Source of the DNA: Rhina ancylostomus
Taxonomy: Eukaryota
DNA: 63,726 nt
Direction of reading: 5' to 3'
Assembly (NCBI GenBank): GCA_030265395.1
Contig: JARFYF010000052.1
Span: 109,406,423-109,470,148, forward strand
Shown here: positions 1 through 12,484 of the stretch, piece by piece
Layout: each line of letters begins with the position of its first letter
Numbering within the stretch: the stretch's first letter is position 1
Notes under the pieces: generated by a model
Databases searched by the model: none
What the model saw: the letters and a program-made list of their open reading frames with translations, nothing else
Told to the model about the DNA's origin: nothing
Position numbers and translations under genes: made by a program

Positions 1-470
1 CGTGCACACATAAAAGCACACAGATGACACACACTAACACAAAGACAGATAGAAACATATGCATGCAAACATACCAACATACACACACATAACCATACAC
101 AGACACACAAACTACACATAGACACACAACACACATGTACGACCACACACAAGCACACAAACACACAATTCATAAACACACATGTACACAAACATGCATG
201 CACAAGCATGCACAAGCACAGATACACACATACACAAACACACATACATAAACATAGCCATACAACCACACACAAAGACAAACACACACACAAATACACA
301 AAAGACACATAAACACATACATACACAGACAGACACGAACATCCCACAAATACACAGACACACACAAACATATAGACAAACACCCCACAAATACCCACAT
401 GCACATGCAAACATGCACGGACACAAACACACATGCACAAACATACGCACACATAAACATGTACACATAT
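1..470. repeat. Degenerate (CA)n / ACAC-rich low-complexity repeat
   Basis: Imperfect CA/CATA/CAAA arrays, which produce the spurious CV-rich and HT-rich ORFs. Confidence 0.95.
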
Positions 471-2067
471 ATGGTAAATGAGAAGGGAAAATCAGGAGAC
501 AATATGGAGAGAAAGAGAAGACAATGAGTGTTAAGCTGGAAAAGAAAGTCCAGAATTCCCAAATTCACTTTTGTTCAAAAGTGGGAAATAAATCACAACA
601 TGGGAAAAAATCTCTAATGTTTCCTGGTGCTCTTGTGGCTCACTCCTCTGTATCCTGGTCTGCTGGTAATGGACACTCACATCTCTCATTACATCATCCA
701 CGCTCAGAAAGTTGTCTCCCACATCTCCCTCACTAATTCATTCTCGTATTGCTCTTTTTGACCCTCCATCCAACAAGACAACATGTTACATTTGGTTCAT
801 TCAAATTCTCTTCTTCTTGTGACTTCAATGCCTTCGCTTCCATCAAAATGGCTTCTGTTTCCACATTTGTTGTCACCACAGCTTAATCCCCATCTTTGGT
901 TCTTTAAAGTTGAGGCCAGTGAGCTCAGGCCATCTGAGAACATGACTGATGTAGCACTAACTCAGCCATCTTGAGCGTTATTGCAACTCTCTTTCCTTGG
1001 AAAAACTTTGCTGCTACTCCATGATTACTTGGAGAAATACGATGTTTACAAGAAATACAATGTTTCTTTCAGCATAAGGTTTGTTCTCTCATACTAGATT
1101 ACTTGTTTCTCAGGACAGAAGCCGCACCTGCTGCTGCTTGTCACCATCGCTCCATTCTCTCTCACACAGTTCCCCACTATGACCCAGTTTTCCCATGCGC
1201 CAGACCTCTAACCCCAGGCCATGACATTATTCTTCCCACTTCCCTGTGCTCAGTCCAAGCTTATTCCTTCTATGATGTATCCCCTGCTTCCTTAATGTCC
1301 TTTTGCTCTCATCTGTACAACATTACAATATTATGAATGCCTCACATTTTTCAGACACCAATATCCTCCTCCTTGAAAATGCCACCTTCAATTTCTCTAA
1401 AATGTCCTCTCAAAGTATCCTTACAGTTCTGAAGACTCTTTTTATTCCAAGGCTTTCAAACAAGTTTATTGACCCTTTTCCTGGCTGTTTCTATCAATCC
1501 TCCGTTTCAGTCTCTCAGTTGGGATCTGTGCTGCTCACACACCCTGACTGTCCTCAGCAAAGTCTTCAAACAAAAGAGAAAAACCTTGCAGTTTCATGGA
1601 TAATTCCCTCCAGTTGGCTTGCTGGATTTTGATGGCAACACATACAAACTGAGAACTCTGGAAGATTAGAAATGATATTGTTGCAAACTGAAGTTGAAAG
1701 AAATGTTCCATACAAACATGAGCAATGCCACTGAAGATGTCGCTCATTTATACCTCCTTTTTCAGAACCAAAGCACCTTGTACCCAATAGTTATGAAGTG
1801 CAATTGTGGTTGAGATGCAGTTATAGAATGAAGTACAGTAACGTCATTATCCAACAAATGAAATGTGGTAAAGATTGGAGAATTTGTTTCACTTATATTA
1901 GTTGAAATGTAAAGTTTTGTCAAAACACTGGGGAGAACTCAAACAATCATCTTCAAAATTTGCCTTGGGACTTTGGCAGTGCCAGACTAGCAGATGTTCC
2001 AGACTACTGGATGTTACTTTCATTAATGCTCAAGTATCATTTCACTTTTTAAATTTTTTAAAAAATG

Positions 2068-2243
2068 TTATTTATTTACAGCGTGGTAACAGGCCCTTCC
2101 GGCCCAACGAGTCCACACCGCCCATTTTAAACCCCAAATTCACATACCCGTACGTCTTTGGAATGTGGGAGGAAACCGGAGCACCCAGAGGAAACCCACG
2201 CAGACACCGGAGAACGTACAAACTCCTTACAGGCAGCGGCAGG
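2068..2243 (-). mobile_element. V-SINE (HE1-like), 5'-truncated, with CR1-type tail
   Basis: Reverse complement contains the V-domain ggagtttgtacgttctc..tgcgtgggtttcctctgggtgctccggtttcctcccaca and ends gggccggaagggcctgttaccacgctgtaaataaataa. Confidence 0.85.
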
Positions 2244-2785
2244 AACTTTTTTTACATGTTACACAGAAGTATAATAAGTTTTCCAGTGAGTCTAAAGAAA
2301 ATATTCAAGCACTCCGGACCTTGGCTCTGGCCATAAACCTGCCCATGTTCCTGACCCGTGTTGTTTCAGTCTCCATCCTTGGATCCAGCCACACACTCAG
2401 CCCACAGTGCTGACCCCAGCCCTGGCTGCACACCCTGCTGCAATCCGGACTCCTAGGGTCACATTCAGGACAAATGAATGATCCAGATGCTGAGACATCA
2501 GGATCTCCAAAAAATTAAATGCCAGATTAGTCAAATAGTTGATCTTATGTCCCAACAGCCAAGTGAAAATATAAATACTTTATCCACGGTGTGAAAACAA
2601 TTGAGATATTCAGTTCCATTTCGTCACTCATTGATTTTAGAAATGAACGTTGGTGAACAAAAAGTTCACTTGCATCTCAAGAGAGCCCAGGCCAGCAGTA
2701 CTTAGCCTAACAAGCTTCAGTTATTAAGTTTTCATTAAGAACATTGTGTTAGGAGCTTATGTATATTAGCTCAAGTTTAAAGATA

Positions 2786-3072
2786 GGTGCAGTAGTGTAG
2801 CAGTTAGTGTAACGCTTTACAGCACCAGTGGCCCAGGTTCAATTCTGGCCGCTGTCTGTAGGAGTTTGTATGTTCTCCCCGTGTCTGCGTAGGTTTCCTC
2901 CGGGTCCATTCCAAAGACATGCGGGTTGGGAAGTTGTGGGCATGCTATGTTGGCGCCAGAAGCGTGACGACACTTGTGGGCTGCCCCCAGAACGCTCTGC
3001 GTAAAAGATGTATTTCATTGTGTGTTTCGATGTACGTGTGACTAATAAAGATATCTTATCTTGTCTTATCTT
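2786..3072 (+). mobile_element. tRNA-derived V-SINE with alternative tail
   Basis: A-box-like tagtgtagcagttag, B-box ggttcaattc, V-domain, tail tttcattgtgtgtttcgatgtacgtgtgactaataaag(atctt)n. Closely similar copies at 23750 and 51495. Confidence 0.88.
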
Positions 3073-3369
3073 AACATAAGCAATGGTCTTTTTCTAATCA
3101 TTGTTTGACTTCCTGACTGCAAAATCCAAACTGCCCTTAATTCCTTAACCTTCAGCGCACTTCTTACATTTTTTTCCTATGTTTTACTTTAAATTCTCAT
3201 CTCTGCCATCTTTCTCAGTGGCTGCTCGTCTAAAACATTGAAACACATCTTGGAAGTAAAAGCACAGCACAATGTAGGGCTTCCTAGCTTCCTTCAGTTG
3301 CAATTTCCTCAAAAATAACCTAAAGTTAATCAGGAAAGATCTTCCCTTCTGTACTGAGTTATTACGTAA

Positions 3370-3529
3370 CAAAGAAACACGAGAGACTGCAGATGCTGGA
3401 ATCTGGAGTAACAGACAAGATACTGGAAGAACTCAGCTGGTCAGTCAGCATCTGTGGAGGGAAGTGGACAGTCAATGTTTCAGGATGAGACCCTTCATCT
3501 GGACAAAGGGTCTAGACCCAAAACATGGT
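3370..3529 (-). mobile_element. Short Penelope-derived element with two head-to-head hammerhead-like modules
   Basis: Family module actgcagatgctggaatctggag...gaactcag...gcagcatctgtgg, then gacccttcatctg / gacaaagggtctagacccaaaac inverted. Possible TSD ttattacgtaa (3359-3369) / ttattatgcaa (3530-3540). Confidence 0.7.
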
Positions 3530-3979
3530 TTATTATGCAAGAAATCTTTAAACATACTTTCAATGGATCAACTTCAATATGTTTTCATCAGTATTTCCAG
3601 CAAGAAGTTTCAGCTGTAGCTGCAGTAGAAGCATTTGTAGAATGAAGCCCTTTCTATACTCCCTAAGCAATCTTAGAAGGGCCAAACTTTCATTTCAGAC
3701 AATTAGCCTTCCCAGTTCCCATCACAGCGGCTCATTCAACTGTGGTGTTAATTTTGATAATCTCTTCCCAAATCATGTCTGATCCATTGGCTACTTCTAG
3801 CATTCCCTTTTAATTCAGATTTACAGCAATTACTACTGTTTTTCTCACAATTTCAACATTATTTTTCTCTCTCTCTTTCGTCCTCATTCATTTCTTCCTA
3901 TTTACACATCCTTCTGACAGATCATTTGCACAAGAAGCATTCACCACCTTCTTTCAGCTGCCAGTAACATTGTCTATAA

Positions 3980-4290
3980 AATCATAGAATCATAGAACAG
4001 TACAGCACAATACAGGCCCTTTGNNNNNNNNNNNNNNNNNNNNNNNNNNNNNNNNNNNNNNNNNNNNNNNNNNNNNNNNNNNNNNNNNNNNNNNNNNNNN
4101 NNNNNNNNNNNNNNNNNNNNNNNAAATCATAGAATCATAGAACAGTACAGCACAATACAGGCCCTTTGGCCCACAACATTGTGTCGGCCTTTAAACCTCG
4201 CCTAAGACTATCTAACCCCTTCCTCCCACATATCCCTCTATTTTCAATTCCTCCATATGCTTATCTAGTAATCTCTTGAATTTAACCAAC
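3980..4290 (-). mobile_element. CR1 LINE 3' end
   Basis: (ATCATAGA)n tail, acaggccctttggccc hairpin, and minus-strand peptide GTLVKFKRLLDKHM typical of the CR1 ORF2 C-terminus. Interrupted by a 100-N gap. Confidence 0.8.
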
Positions 4291-4294
4291 GTAC

Positions 4295-4530
4295 CTTCTT
4301 TTGGTCTCCACTTTATCACATTTGTTCCCTTTATTCTCTCCAGCCCTCCCCCAGTCTGCAAATTAAAGCATGTTTGATTGCTTATTTTTCCTAGGTCTGA
4401 TGATGAGACATCAACATGAAACATTCTCTGTTTCTTTTTCCATAGGTGCTGCCTGACCTGAGGAAAATTTCCAGCATTTTCAGTTTTTATTTCAGATTTC
4501 CAGTATCTGCAGGTTTTTGATTTTTGCTCA
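4295..4530 (+). mobile_element. Penelope-like 3' terminal repeat remnant
   Basis: ctgatgatgagacatcaacatgaaacatt (decayed hammerhead-like core) followed by tgctgcctgacctg...tttccagcatttt...cagatttccagtatctgcag. Confidence 0.65.
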
Positions 4531-7239
4531 AAGAAGCAGCCTTCAAAGAATTATAGTGGATGTTTCCACTTTCCACAGGATCATCTCACAACTCCCACTT
4601 CTGAGTCAGATCGCCACGATAAAAATTGGGTCAAAATCGCCAAACTTTATAGACAGGAATTTTACAAATCTGAGAAGAGCATTTTAATGCTTCAGCCTTT
4701 GGTGAATAGAAACCCAGAGGCTAGACATGAAAGGGATGAATGCCTTTTAAAGATTTAATGTTACCCAAGATATGGAAAAGATGACAATTGATTTTGTTAA
4801 GTGCTGTCCCTAGGACTTGAACACTACCTTCAGGTGTCCATGTCCTAGGGCACCAATGTCATCCTCATTCACATTCTCAAAACAAAACTTACCTAACTGG
4901 CTGCTGAATTCAGGGCACTTATGTAATGCCCCCCTGCGCTGATGATTGGAGCAAGGCTGCTACTCCTAATCTGTGAATGGTTAATATAATGAAGGAGATC
5001 AGAGAAAAAATGTTTGAGAACTTGTGCAGATCCTTAACATTAAACACATGGAGAAATATAAACATCTTAAACATTAAAAAACAAAATCTGAGCCTTCTTT
5101 GGCTAAATTAAAAACAGTCGGTTAATGTTGCTTTGATGGAAATGTTGCAGTATGACTTTGATCAGCTAAGTGGAGGACTTCTGAATGATTACAGTATAGT
5201 TAGGCTGCTGTATGTGCAATAAATGTACTGAAGATTAATGAACTTACCTTTAATATATTTTTAATTTGCATATAGAGGTTTTGTGATAAATTATGTAATT
5301 GAAACGTAAGCACTAATCACTATAACTAGCAATATTTTATACAACTTTTCCCCTTTAGCTTGTTTCTGTTGCTTCATTGGATCCCTTAAACTAATGGAAC
5401 AGTTGTCCTTAACAATCATCATGTGATGGCACACAAAGGCACTGGTCACAGTATTTTAACAAAAACTGGAATGTTTGCTGTAAAAATGGGATTTCAGTTT
5501 TGCCAACAACTGTTGTTTACTCTTTTTCACAGTGGTTTTGTACATTATTGGTACATTCTTCTATGCGACCTAATGACCAAATTATTCAATTTGAATATAA
5601 AATGGTCATGATACATCACCTAGAAAACTCATCTCTAAGTTTAAGTGGAAAAGAGGGAAGAAGCTAGGGGGAGAACTAAACAGGAGGATTGACTTCAATC
5701 AATTAATTTATTACAAATAATTGAGTAAATTTCCAAACTAAAATTCAAGCAAAATAGAGAAAATGCACCTGGTTTTAAACCATCAGTCAAATAGAGAAGA
5801 ACAGATTGAGTGGAGACATATTTATTTTAAAGTCCTTTTTAAATTAGGTTAATGAAGCACACCTGTTCATTCAAATAATACTTCAAACTTTCTCTGTTTA
5901 TTATTGTTCTCATGTATAGCCTGATGAATCAGTCATATAATGACAAAATATGTAGGACAAATACTGTAGACATCAAACAAAACAACAAACTGTTCTTGGA
6001 CCTTCACTGCCTCAAAGATCTGCAGCAGAACCTTTGGACAAATATTTATTTGTACATCAAAAACCATGCACTTGTGCGATTTTTTAAGAGATATGTGGTA
6101 CAATTAGGATTGTTGTATATTCAGAATTTGTATATTTAAACAGCATTAAAATGTGTAAAATGTGCATTTCAAAGCACAGTTTAAAAAAGAAAAATAGTTC
6201 AAGAAAACCAATACTAAAGTAATAAATATAAGTTATGGGAGTCTGAGTATGGGAGGGAAATGATTGCTGGGCAGTTCTTGTAAATTTTTCGGCATGCAGC
6301 TAAGAAAAGCTTCACCTACCTGATCCCAGGATGTACAGATGACCGAAGGTGACCCGAGAGAAAGAGGAGAGATTTTTTTATTTTTTAAAAAAAAGCACAG
6401 CTCTGGAATGAAATGCTACAAACTGGGGCCAGTCTGGTTCTCATACATGAAAAGCTGAGATTTATCATACCAACATGCAGAAATCCTAGTTACAATATAA
6501 ATCATATTTGCACAGGAATGTCATCACAAAACAGTTTCAGCTGATTGTCCTGGGAAACATATTACTTTAATTATTTTCTTCCCCAAATAAAAATCAACAA
6601 ATGTTATCAATATAGTGTATCACAACCAGCTTTGATTTTTATGGCAAATTTCCCTACTCAGCTATGAATTATCTGACCAGATTCAATGTGCAGACATTCA
6701 TCATTCAAAGCTAGGACAAGCCCCAGTCTCTTGAATCATGCATTTGAAACATAGATGTATGCCCTGCTTTCAGTGGGAAACCAATTGACCTTGTGCAAAA
6801 TCATTGGATCAAAGTTTAAAATACAAACTTTAGCCTTCACAGCACCTTTGAAAAGCAAAAACAATTTAAAATGACATACTTAAATGTCTCTATTATTACT
6901 ATGGTGCTTGGTTTTCTTTCAAAATGTGAAATAACGTTCCCTTCTAGTGTCAAGAGGGTGATTTTTTTAAATACAGAGAAACAATGAAATCAAGTTCTGT
7001 GGAAAATAGCAGCAGCTAACTACCATAGTCATTATCTTTAGAAATAAATGTTTGGTTAAATGTCTAATAAATTTACAAATAAAATCTTGTGATGCAAATC
7101 ATATCAAACTCATTATTTCAGTTGTTATCTGGAACCAAACATTCATCCGCTCTCTTCAAACAAAATAGTTTCCAAATGGTTACTCGAAAGGCAATATCCT
7201 TTTAAAAAAATAAGTCAGAAAATATTAATCAATGGAGAA

Positions 7240-7520
7240 GCAAAGTCACCATTTCTGATTGATGATCTTTCATCAGGGCTGGAAACAGAAACAGAACATG
7301 TATGAAGGTGCAGGAGAGGGGAAGAAGAACAAACAAGAAGATCTGTGATTGGGTGGAAGGCAGGAGAAATTAAATGAGAAAAGAGATGATGGCACAAAAG
7401 GAAAGAAATAAAACATGAATTTTGAAGATTTCAATAGCAAACTACAATAGTAGATTCATTATCTGAGATCACTGAGTTCGGAAGACTGTAATGTGCCTAG
7501 TTGGGTATTTTATCCGGAGC
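7240..7520 (-). mobile_element. Penelope-like remnant (ORF end plus terminal repeat)
   Basis: Minus strand reads QLGTLQSSELS (compare RLGTLQPSGLN at the end of the Penelope endonuclease), then CTGATGA-AAGATCATCAATCA-GAAA at about 7251-7276. Confidence 0.6.
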
Positions 7521-7764
7521 TTATGTTCACTATCATTAGTCTTTGAAAATGACAGGAGCTTCGGCATTTCCATGCACAGTTAAATGCAGAACTCCTGAAG
7601 TTACTGCCAGTGATTCGGGTTTCCTCCCCCTCCCCAGTCTGCTCCAGCAGAATCAAAGGAAATTATTTGTACTGACATGAACTTTATTTATGAATTAGCA
7701 CCATTACAACATACACTGCAAATCAAATATATGGACAGAATTAGTTATTTAAATTATCCAATGA

Positions 7765-9060
7765 GGTTTCCACCCCTGCCATTATACCAAAACTGCCTTG
7801 AACAAAGTCACGAATGATATCCTATGTGATTGTGGTAAGGATAATTTATCTTGATTGCAACCTGGCTGTAGGCTTTACCATGGTTGACTAATTGCAAGGT
7901 GATATGCTTCTCATCTGGTTCAATTATTATCTATCCAAAGTTAACCAAAGAATCTCCAGCACTGGCCTCTCTCTCTGGACCTGCATTATTTCTTCCAATG
8001 TCCCTGTGGCTCTATCTGTGGCCTCCTAAATTTTTCTTATCTGACTGTTGACCCTCAGTCCCACCAGCTGAAAACATGGCATCAGTTATTATGTGAACCA
8101 TCATGCCACTCAGCTTTACCTCAGGATCATTTCTCTTGACTCTTCCGTGGAACTTTATATTGTCAACTCTTTGCACAGCATGACCAATTGAATGGTCAGA
8201 AATTTCCTCTAATTAAACATTTGAAAACCCTGATAATCGTCTTTGGTTCACACCACAAACTCAATTCACTAGTCACAGGATAGAAGTTCTCTTTTCTGTT
8301 CCTGGCAAGAGTCTGAAACTGAACAAATCAGTTCAAAATTTTCCCATTACATTTATTCCTGAGATTCATTTTGGGCCTCATTTCTTTTCTGACATGAAAA
8401 CCACCTTGTTCTGCCACTGTATCATTGCCCAGCTCTGAACCTGCTGCTCTCATTAATGCCATTGTTACCTCAAGACTAGACTATTTCAACATGATCAGAN
8501 NNNNNNNNNNNNNNNNNNNNNNNNNNNNNNNNNNNNNNNNNNNNNNNNNNNNNNNNNNNNNNNNNNNNNNNNNNNNNNNNNNNNNNNNNNNNNNNNNNNA
8601 TGATCAGAGATCATAATTATGTTACAGCTCTGAACCTGCTGCTTTTTCTCATTCAACTCTCTATGAACTTAACATCATCCGAAACTAGTTTTATTCTACG
8701 TCTGATTAAATCTAATTCAAGGTCTCCCCTCTGCCTGCTGATCTATGTTGGCTCAGCAATAATCAAACCTTGAATTCACACCCTTGTTTTCAAATCCATC
8801 CATGGTTTTGCCCCTATTTCAATTACCTTCTCTGGTACTTTTATGGTCTGAAATCTCTCTGCTCTTCCAATTGCTCCACCACTGCCAGTCATTCCTTTGG
8901 CTGCCATCAGCCTCAGCTGTGGAATTCACTTCCTAAAACTTTCTGCTTTTAAAGATATCCCTAAAAACTCTGATCAAATTTATATTTTCTAACCTTACAC
9001 CTCATACAGTTCAATATCACTCAGTTTTGTTTGAAAATGCTCCTGTGAATTACCTTGGAT
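7765..9060 (+). mobile_element. Decayed L2-clade LINE (RT and 3' part)
   Basis: Motifs resembling TETALxKVTNDILCDC (about 7788-7835) and LINAIVTSRLDYFN (about 8448-8490). Many stops and frameshifts. Confidence 0.75.
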
Positions 9061-9479
9061 TCATCATTTTTACTGTTTGCTACATATATGAGAGTGGCCA
9101 TTGGGGTGCAAGTGAACTTTATCAGTATTTCAAGGCATAACCATTGCTTTGCAAAATCTATGGCAGTGAAAAAATAATAATTTTATGCATATCAATTCTT
9201 CTCAACAATGGATTTTTCCAAGAAATCTTAAACTTTTTGATGTTCCTTCCTGTTCTATTGTGTTTGAGAAATTACTAAGCCAGCTTGACAGCATCACAGT
9301 TGCTTAACATCAGAGATTCTCTTGAACTGATGCCCAACAGCAACAGATGTTGGAAAAGGGGGAACTCCCCCATTGAAATTACTTTGTTTTTGTAGGAGCT
9401 TCCTTTGAGGCCAGTGGTGAGCACCACCACTTTGCCGCTGACTACAAATTACAGAACAATGTTGAACTGACCTACTTGA

Positions 9480-9985
9480 AAGATGATTTACTGATACCTT
9501 GAGCATATGCTGACTTATGCCCCTGAGATTCAAGTCGCCTGCCACTTTAATTCTCCATCCAACTACGACTCCTGTGCTCTCAGCCTTCTACACTGTTCCA
9601 GTNNNNNNNNNNNNNNNNNNNNNNNNNNNNNNNNNNNNNNNNNNNNNNNNNNNNNNNNNNNNNNNNNNNNNNNNNNNNNNNNNNNNNNNNNNNNNNNNNN
9701 NNNNNNNNNNNNNNNNNNNNNNNNNNNNNNNNNNNNNNNNNNNNNNNNNNNNNNNNNNNNNNNNNNNNNNNNNNNNNNNNNNNNNNNNNNNNNNNNNNNN
9801 NNNNNNNNNNNNNNNNNNNNNNNNNNNNNNNNNNNNNNNNNNNNNNNNNNNNNNNNNNNNNNNNNGAAAGGTCATCAATCTGAAACGTTAACTCTGCTTC
9901 TCTTTCCATAAATGCTGTCTTGCCTTGAGTTTTTCCAGCAGTTTCAGTTTATTTTCAGCAGCTGCAGTATCTTGCTTTTGTATCC
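9480..9985 (+). mobile_element. Penelope-like element 3' part: GIY-YIG endonuclease C-terminus plus terminal repeat
   Basis: PEIQVACHFNSPS...LSLLHCS matches the Penelope endonuclease tail. After the gap comes gaaaggtcatcaatctgaaacgttaactctg (hammerhead 3' half) and the family module. Confidence 0.75.
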
Positions 9986-10259
9986 TTAATACAGCATCGG
10001 AACTACTGTTGTCTGCAACATGTTCAGATAGTTTTCATATATAATGAAATATATTTTGCTTTTGATTAACCTACCTGGAACATTCTCCTGTAAATAGGAA
10101 CTGTGTGTAGATGTTTCTTTTTCAAACAATGCAAAATTCTTTATCCCTAACTTCCATTCACAGTACAAAATAGTTGCCTTTCAGATCAAAGCAGAAGAGC
10201 ACATTGCTGCATTTGGAGGGCTATTTTCCGATTGGAGCAAGACCAATTTTCTTTTAACT

Positions 10260-10570
10260 TATTTATTTCTTCACAGGATGTGGATGTTGAATTATTATCC
10301 ATCCCTAATTGTCCCTGAATGGAGAGGTATGTTGTGAATCTAGAATCACATTTGGGGAAGAATGGTAGATTTCCTTCCTTGAAGAATATTAATGAACCGT
10401 GCTGTTTTTATTATTTCATCGTTACTGTTACAGATTAGCCTTTTAAAAATTTCATATTTATCTAATTACTTGAATTTAGATTCCGTCTTCCCCGGTGGGT
10501 TTCAAAATGATCTCTCTGGATCAATTATCCAGAACTCTCGACCATTAACTTAACTACAATGCTGCTATAT
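10260..10570 (-). mobile_element. Old elasmobranch tRNA-derived SINE with LINE-type tail
   Basis: ccatccctaattg..., agatttccttccttgaagaatattaatgaacc, and a decayed tRNA-like head at the right end. The tail resembles the LINE 3' ends at about 59850 and 61570. Confidence 0.55.
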
Positions 10571-10769
10571 CCAGATTGTTGATGGAAATTTTCTGCATGT
10601 GACTACTAGCACACAGAAGCCACTGGGCATGTGGTGCTCATTTTGTGCAAAATATTGCTGCACGCGTGAGGCTAATGGACGTTGCAGATTTCAACACACC
10701 AAAACCCATCTTAAGTTGAAGACCAAGGGCTGCTTTGTTAGTTAAAGGACCTGAGCCGAACTGGATCAA

Positions 10770-11230
10770 TGCCACCCTTCACCCCTTCCTCTCATTCCTA
10801 TCTACCTTCTAAACTCTCAGTACTGATACAGGGTTCAACCTAAGATGTTAACAANNNNNNNNNNNNNNNNNNNNNNNNNNNNNNNNNNNNNNNNNNNNNN
10901 NNNNNNNNNNNNNNNNNNNNNNNNNNNNNNNNNNNNNNNNNNNNNNNNNNNNNNNNNNNNNNNNNNNNNNNNNNNNNNNNNNNNNNNNNNNNNNNNNNNN
11001 NNNNNNNNNNNNNNNNNNNNNNNNNNNNNNNNNNNNNNNNNNNNNNNNNNNNNNNNNNNNNNNNNNNNNNNNNNNNNNNNNNNNNNNNNNNNNNNNNNNG
11101 ATTGTTTGGTATTGGTATAGTGAAGGTACAGTGAAGAATTTGTCATGCATACCTTTCGTACAGATCAATTCATTACATAGTGCATTGAGGTTTGTTGCTC
11201 CAGGTTCTAGCATCTGCAATCTCATGTTTC
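10770..11230 (+). mobile_element. Penelope-derived terminal-repeat remnant interrupted by a gap and a Rex1/Babar-like tail fragment (about 11100-11190, minus)
   Basis: ctgatacagggttcaacctaagatgttaac before the gap and ttgctccaggttctagcatctgcaatctc after it. In between is gtacagtgaagaatttgtcatgcatacc...cagatcaattcattac. Confidence 0.5.
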
Positions 11231-12484
11231 CAACCCCATCATCTTGCCAATCTTCAGTTCTCAGTCCTCTTTCCAAGCCTCATCCCAAAGGCCTCAACCC
11301 TTTTCCTATGATGGTGTTGTGATCACAACCATTTCACCTCAGTGACCTACAGGACATTTTAAACCAGAGTCATTTTAGTTTTAGACTATTGGCCAAACTG
11401 TGACTCGTGCCATCTCTTGGCTTGACCCCTTGAATAGCTCACTGGGGCCAGTGCCCAAGGCCTGAGGCAGAGGGAAAAGGGTCTGAGAGAATTGAGATCT
11501 TAGGGGAGGAGAAGTTTTTACATTTTGAAGCTGCTCCAAGTGGGTACTTTAGCCAATGTACATTGTTTAACTCCTTTATTAAATGGGAAAGGAAAACTTT
11601 AAAATTCAGAAACTATGTTATGAGTAGTTATGAGTTTTAATGTGAAATCGGAGCAGAAATTAGTATTTCAAATTAGTGGCTGCTCAACATTTTCGATAAC
11701 TAAAACATCACATTTTCCGATTGTCTTTCAGATTACCATTGAAATGAATGTTGAAGTTAGCTCTCCACATGCATGAACTTCACCCTTTAAATCAGATTTT
11801 TACTATATTTAATTTGGAACAATTGTTAGCTTTTACAATAAGGATAACTTAGTAGTTGAACTTAAAACATATAGTTTACAGCAGATGATGTAATAGTTCA
11901 GTGTCTTGGGTTTAGTTTTCAGAGTTCTGGTCTCGATCAAAACTATCCATCTGATTGTTGGCTCTCCACAGCAGCAGGAAAGTGTGGAGTTCATTGATAA
12001 AACAGTTTAAACATGTCACACATCAGAGACTTCTGAACTTATTCTTGAAAACCCAATTAATAATCTTCACGTGAAATAAAGCTGTCAATTACAAGTCAGT
12101 GGGGCCAGCCGGATTTCCCTTTATGGGGTTGGTGATAATTAAAATGCAAAAAAGATCATTGCTTATATGAAACAGTTAAATCCATGGAATCTAACTTTTA
12201 AGCGGAGCTTTTGTTCTATAATTAACTTCTTACAAAGGCTGGTATTATTTCTCCAGCTGAGACCTAGCTGTCTTTAAAGAGCTACAGATCTGCAGTTGCA
12301 TAGCCTCAGGTGACTTGGAGTTCTGTTGCAGAAAAGGAAAACATGATCCATAAGTCATGCAAAGTCACGGTTTACATGAGGTGCTTAGAGATTTGCTTGA
12401 TATAATGTTAGTTAAATAAACAGCAGCTGATCTTAAAGTTGGATTGTTTTAGTACTGTCAGTCAAAAAAAAGGCTCTTCAGTCT

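Noticed and set aside
112-568. Cys/Val-rich and His/Thr-rich ORFs
   Set aside because: They are translations of the CA-rich microsatellite.
3979-4168. Apparent tandem duplication of aaatcatagaatcatagaacagtacagcacaatacaggccctttg
   Set aside because: Identical sequence on both sides of a 100-N gap indicates an unmerged contig overlap. The same pattern (atgatcaga) flanks the gap at 8500-8599.
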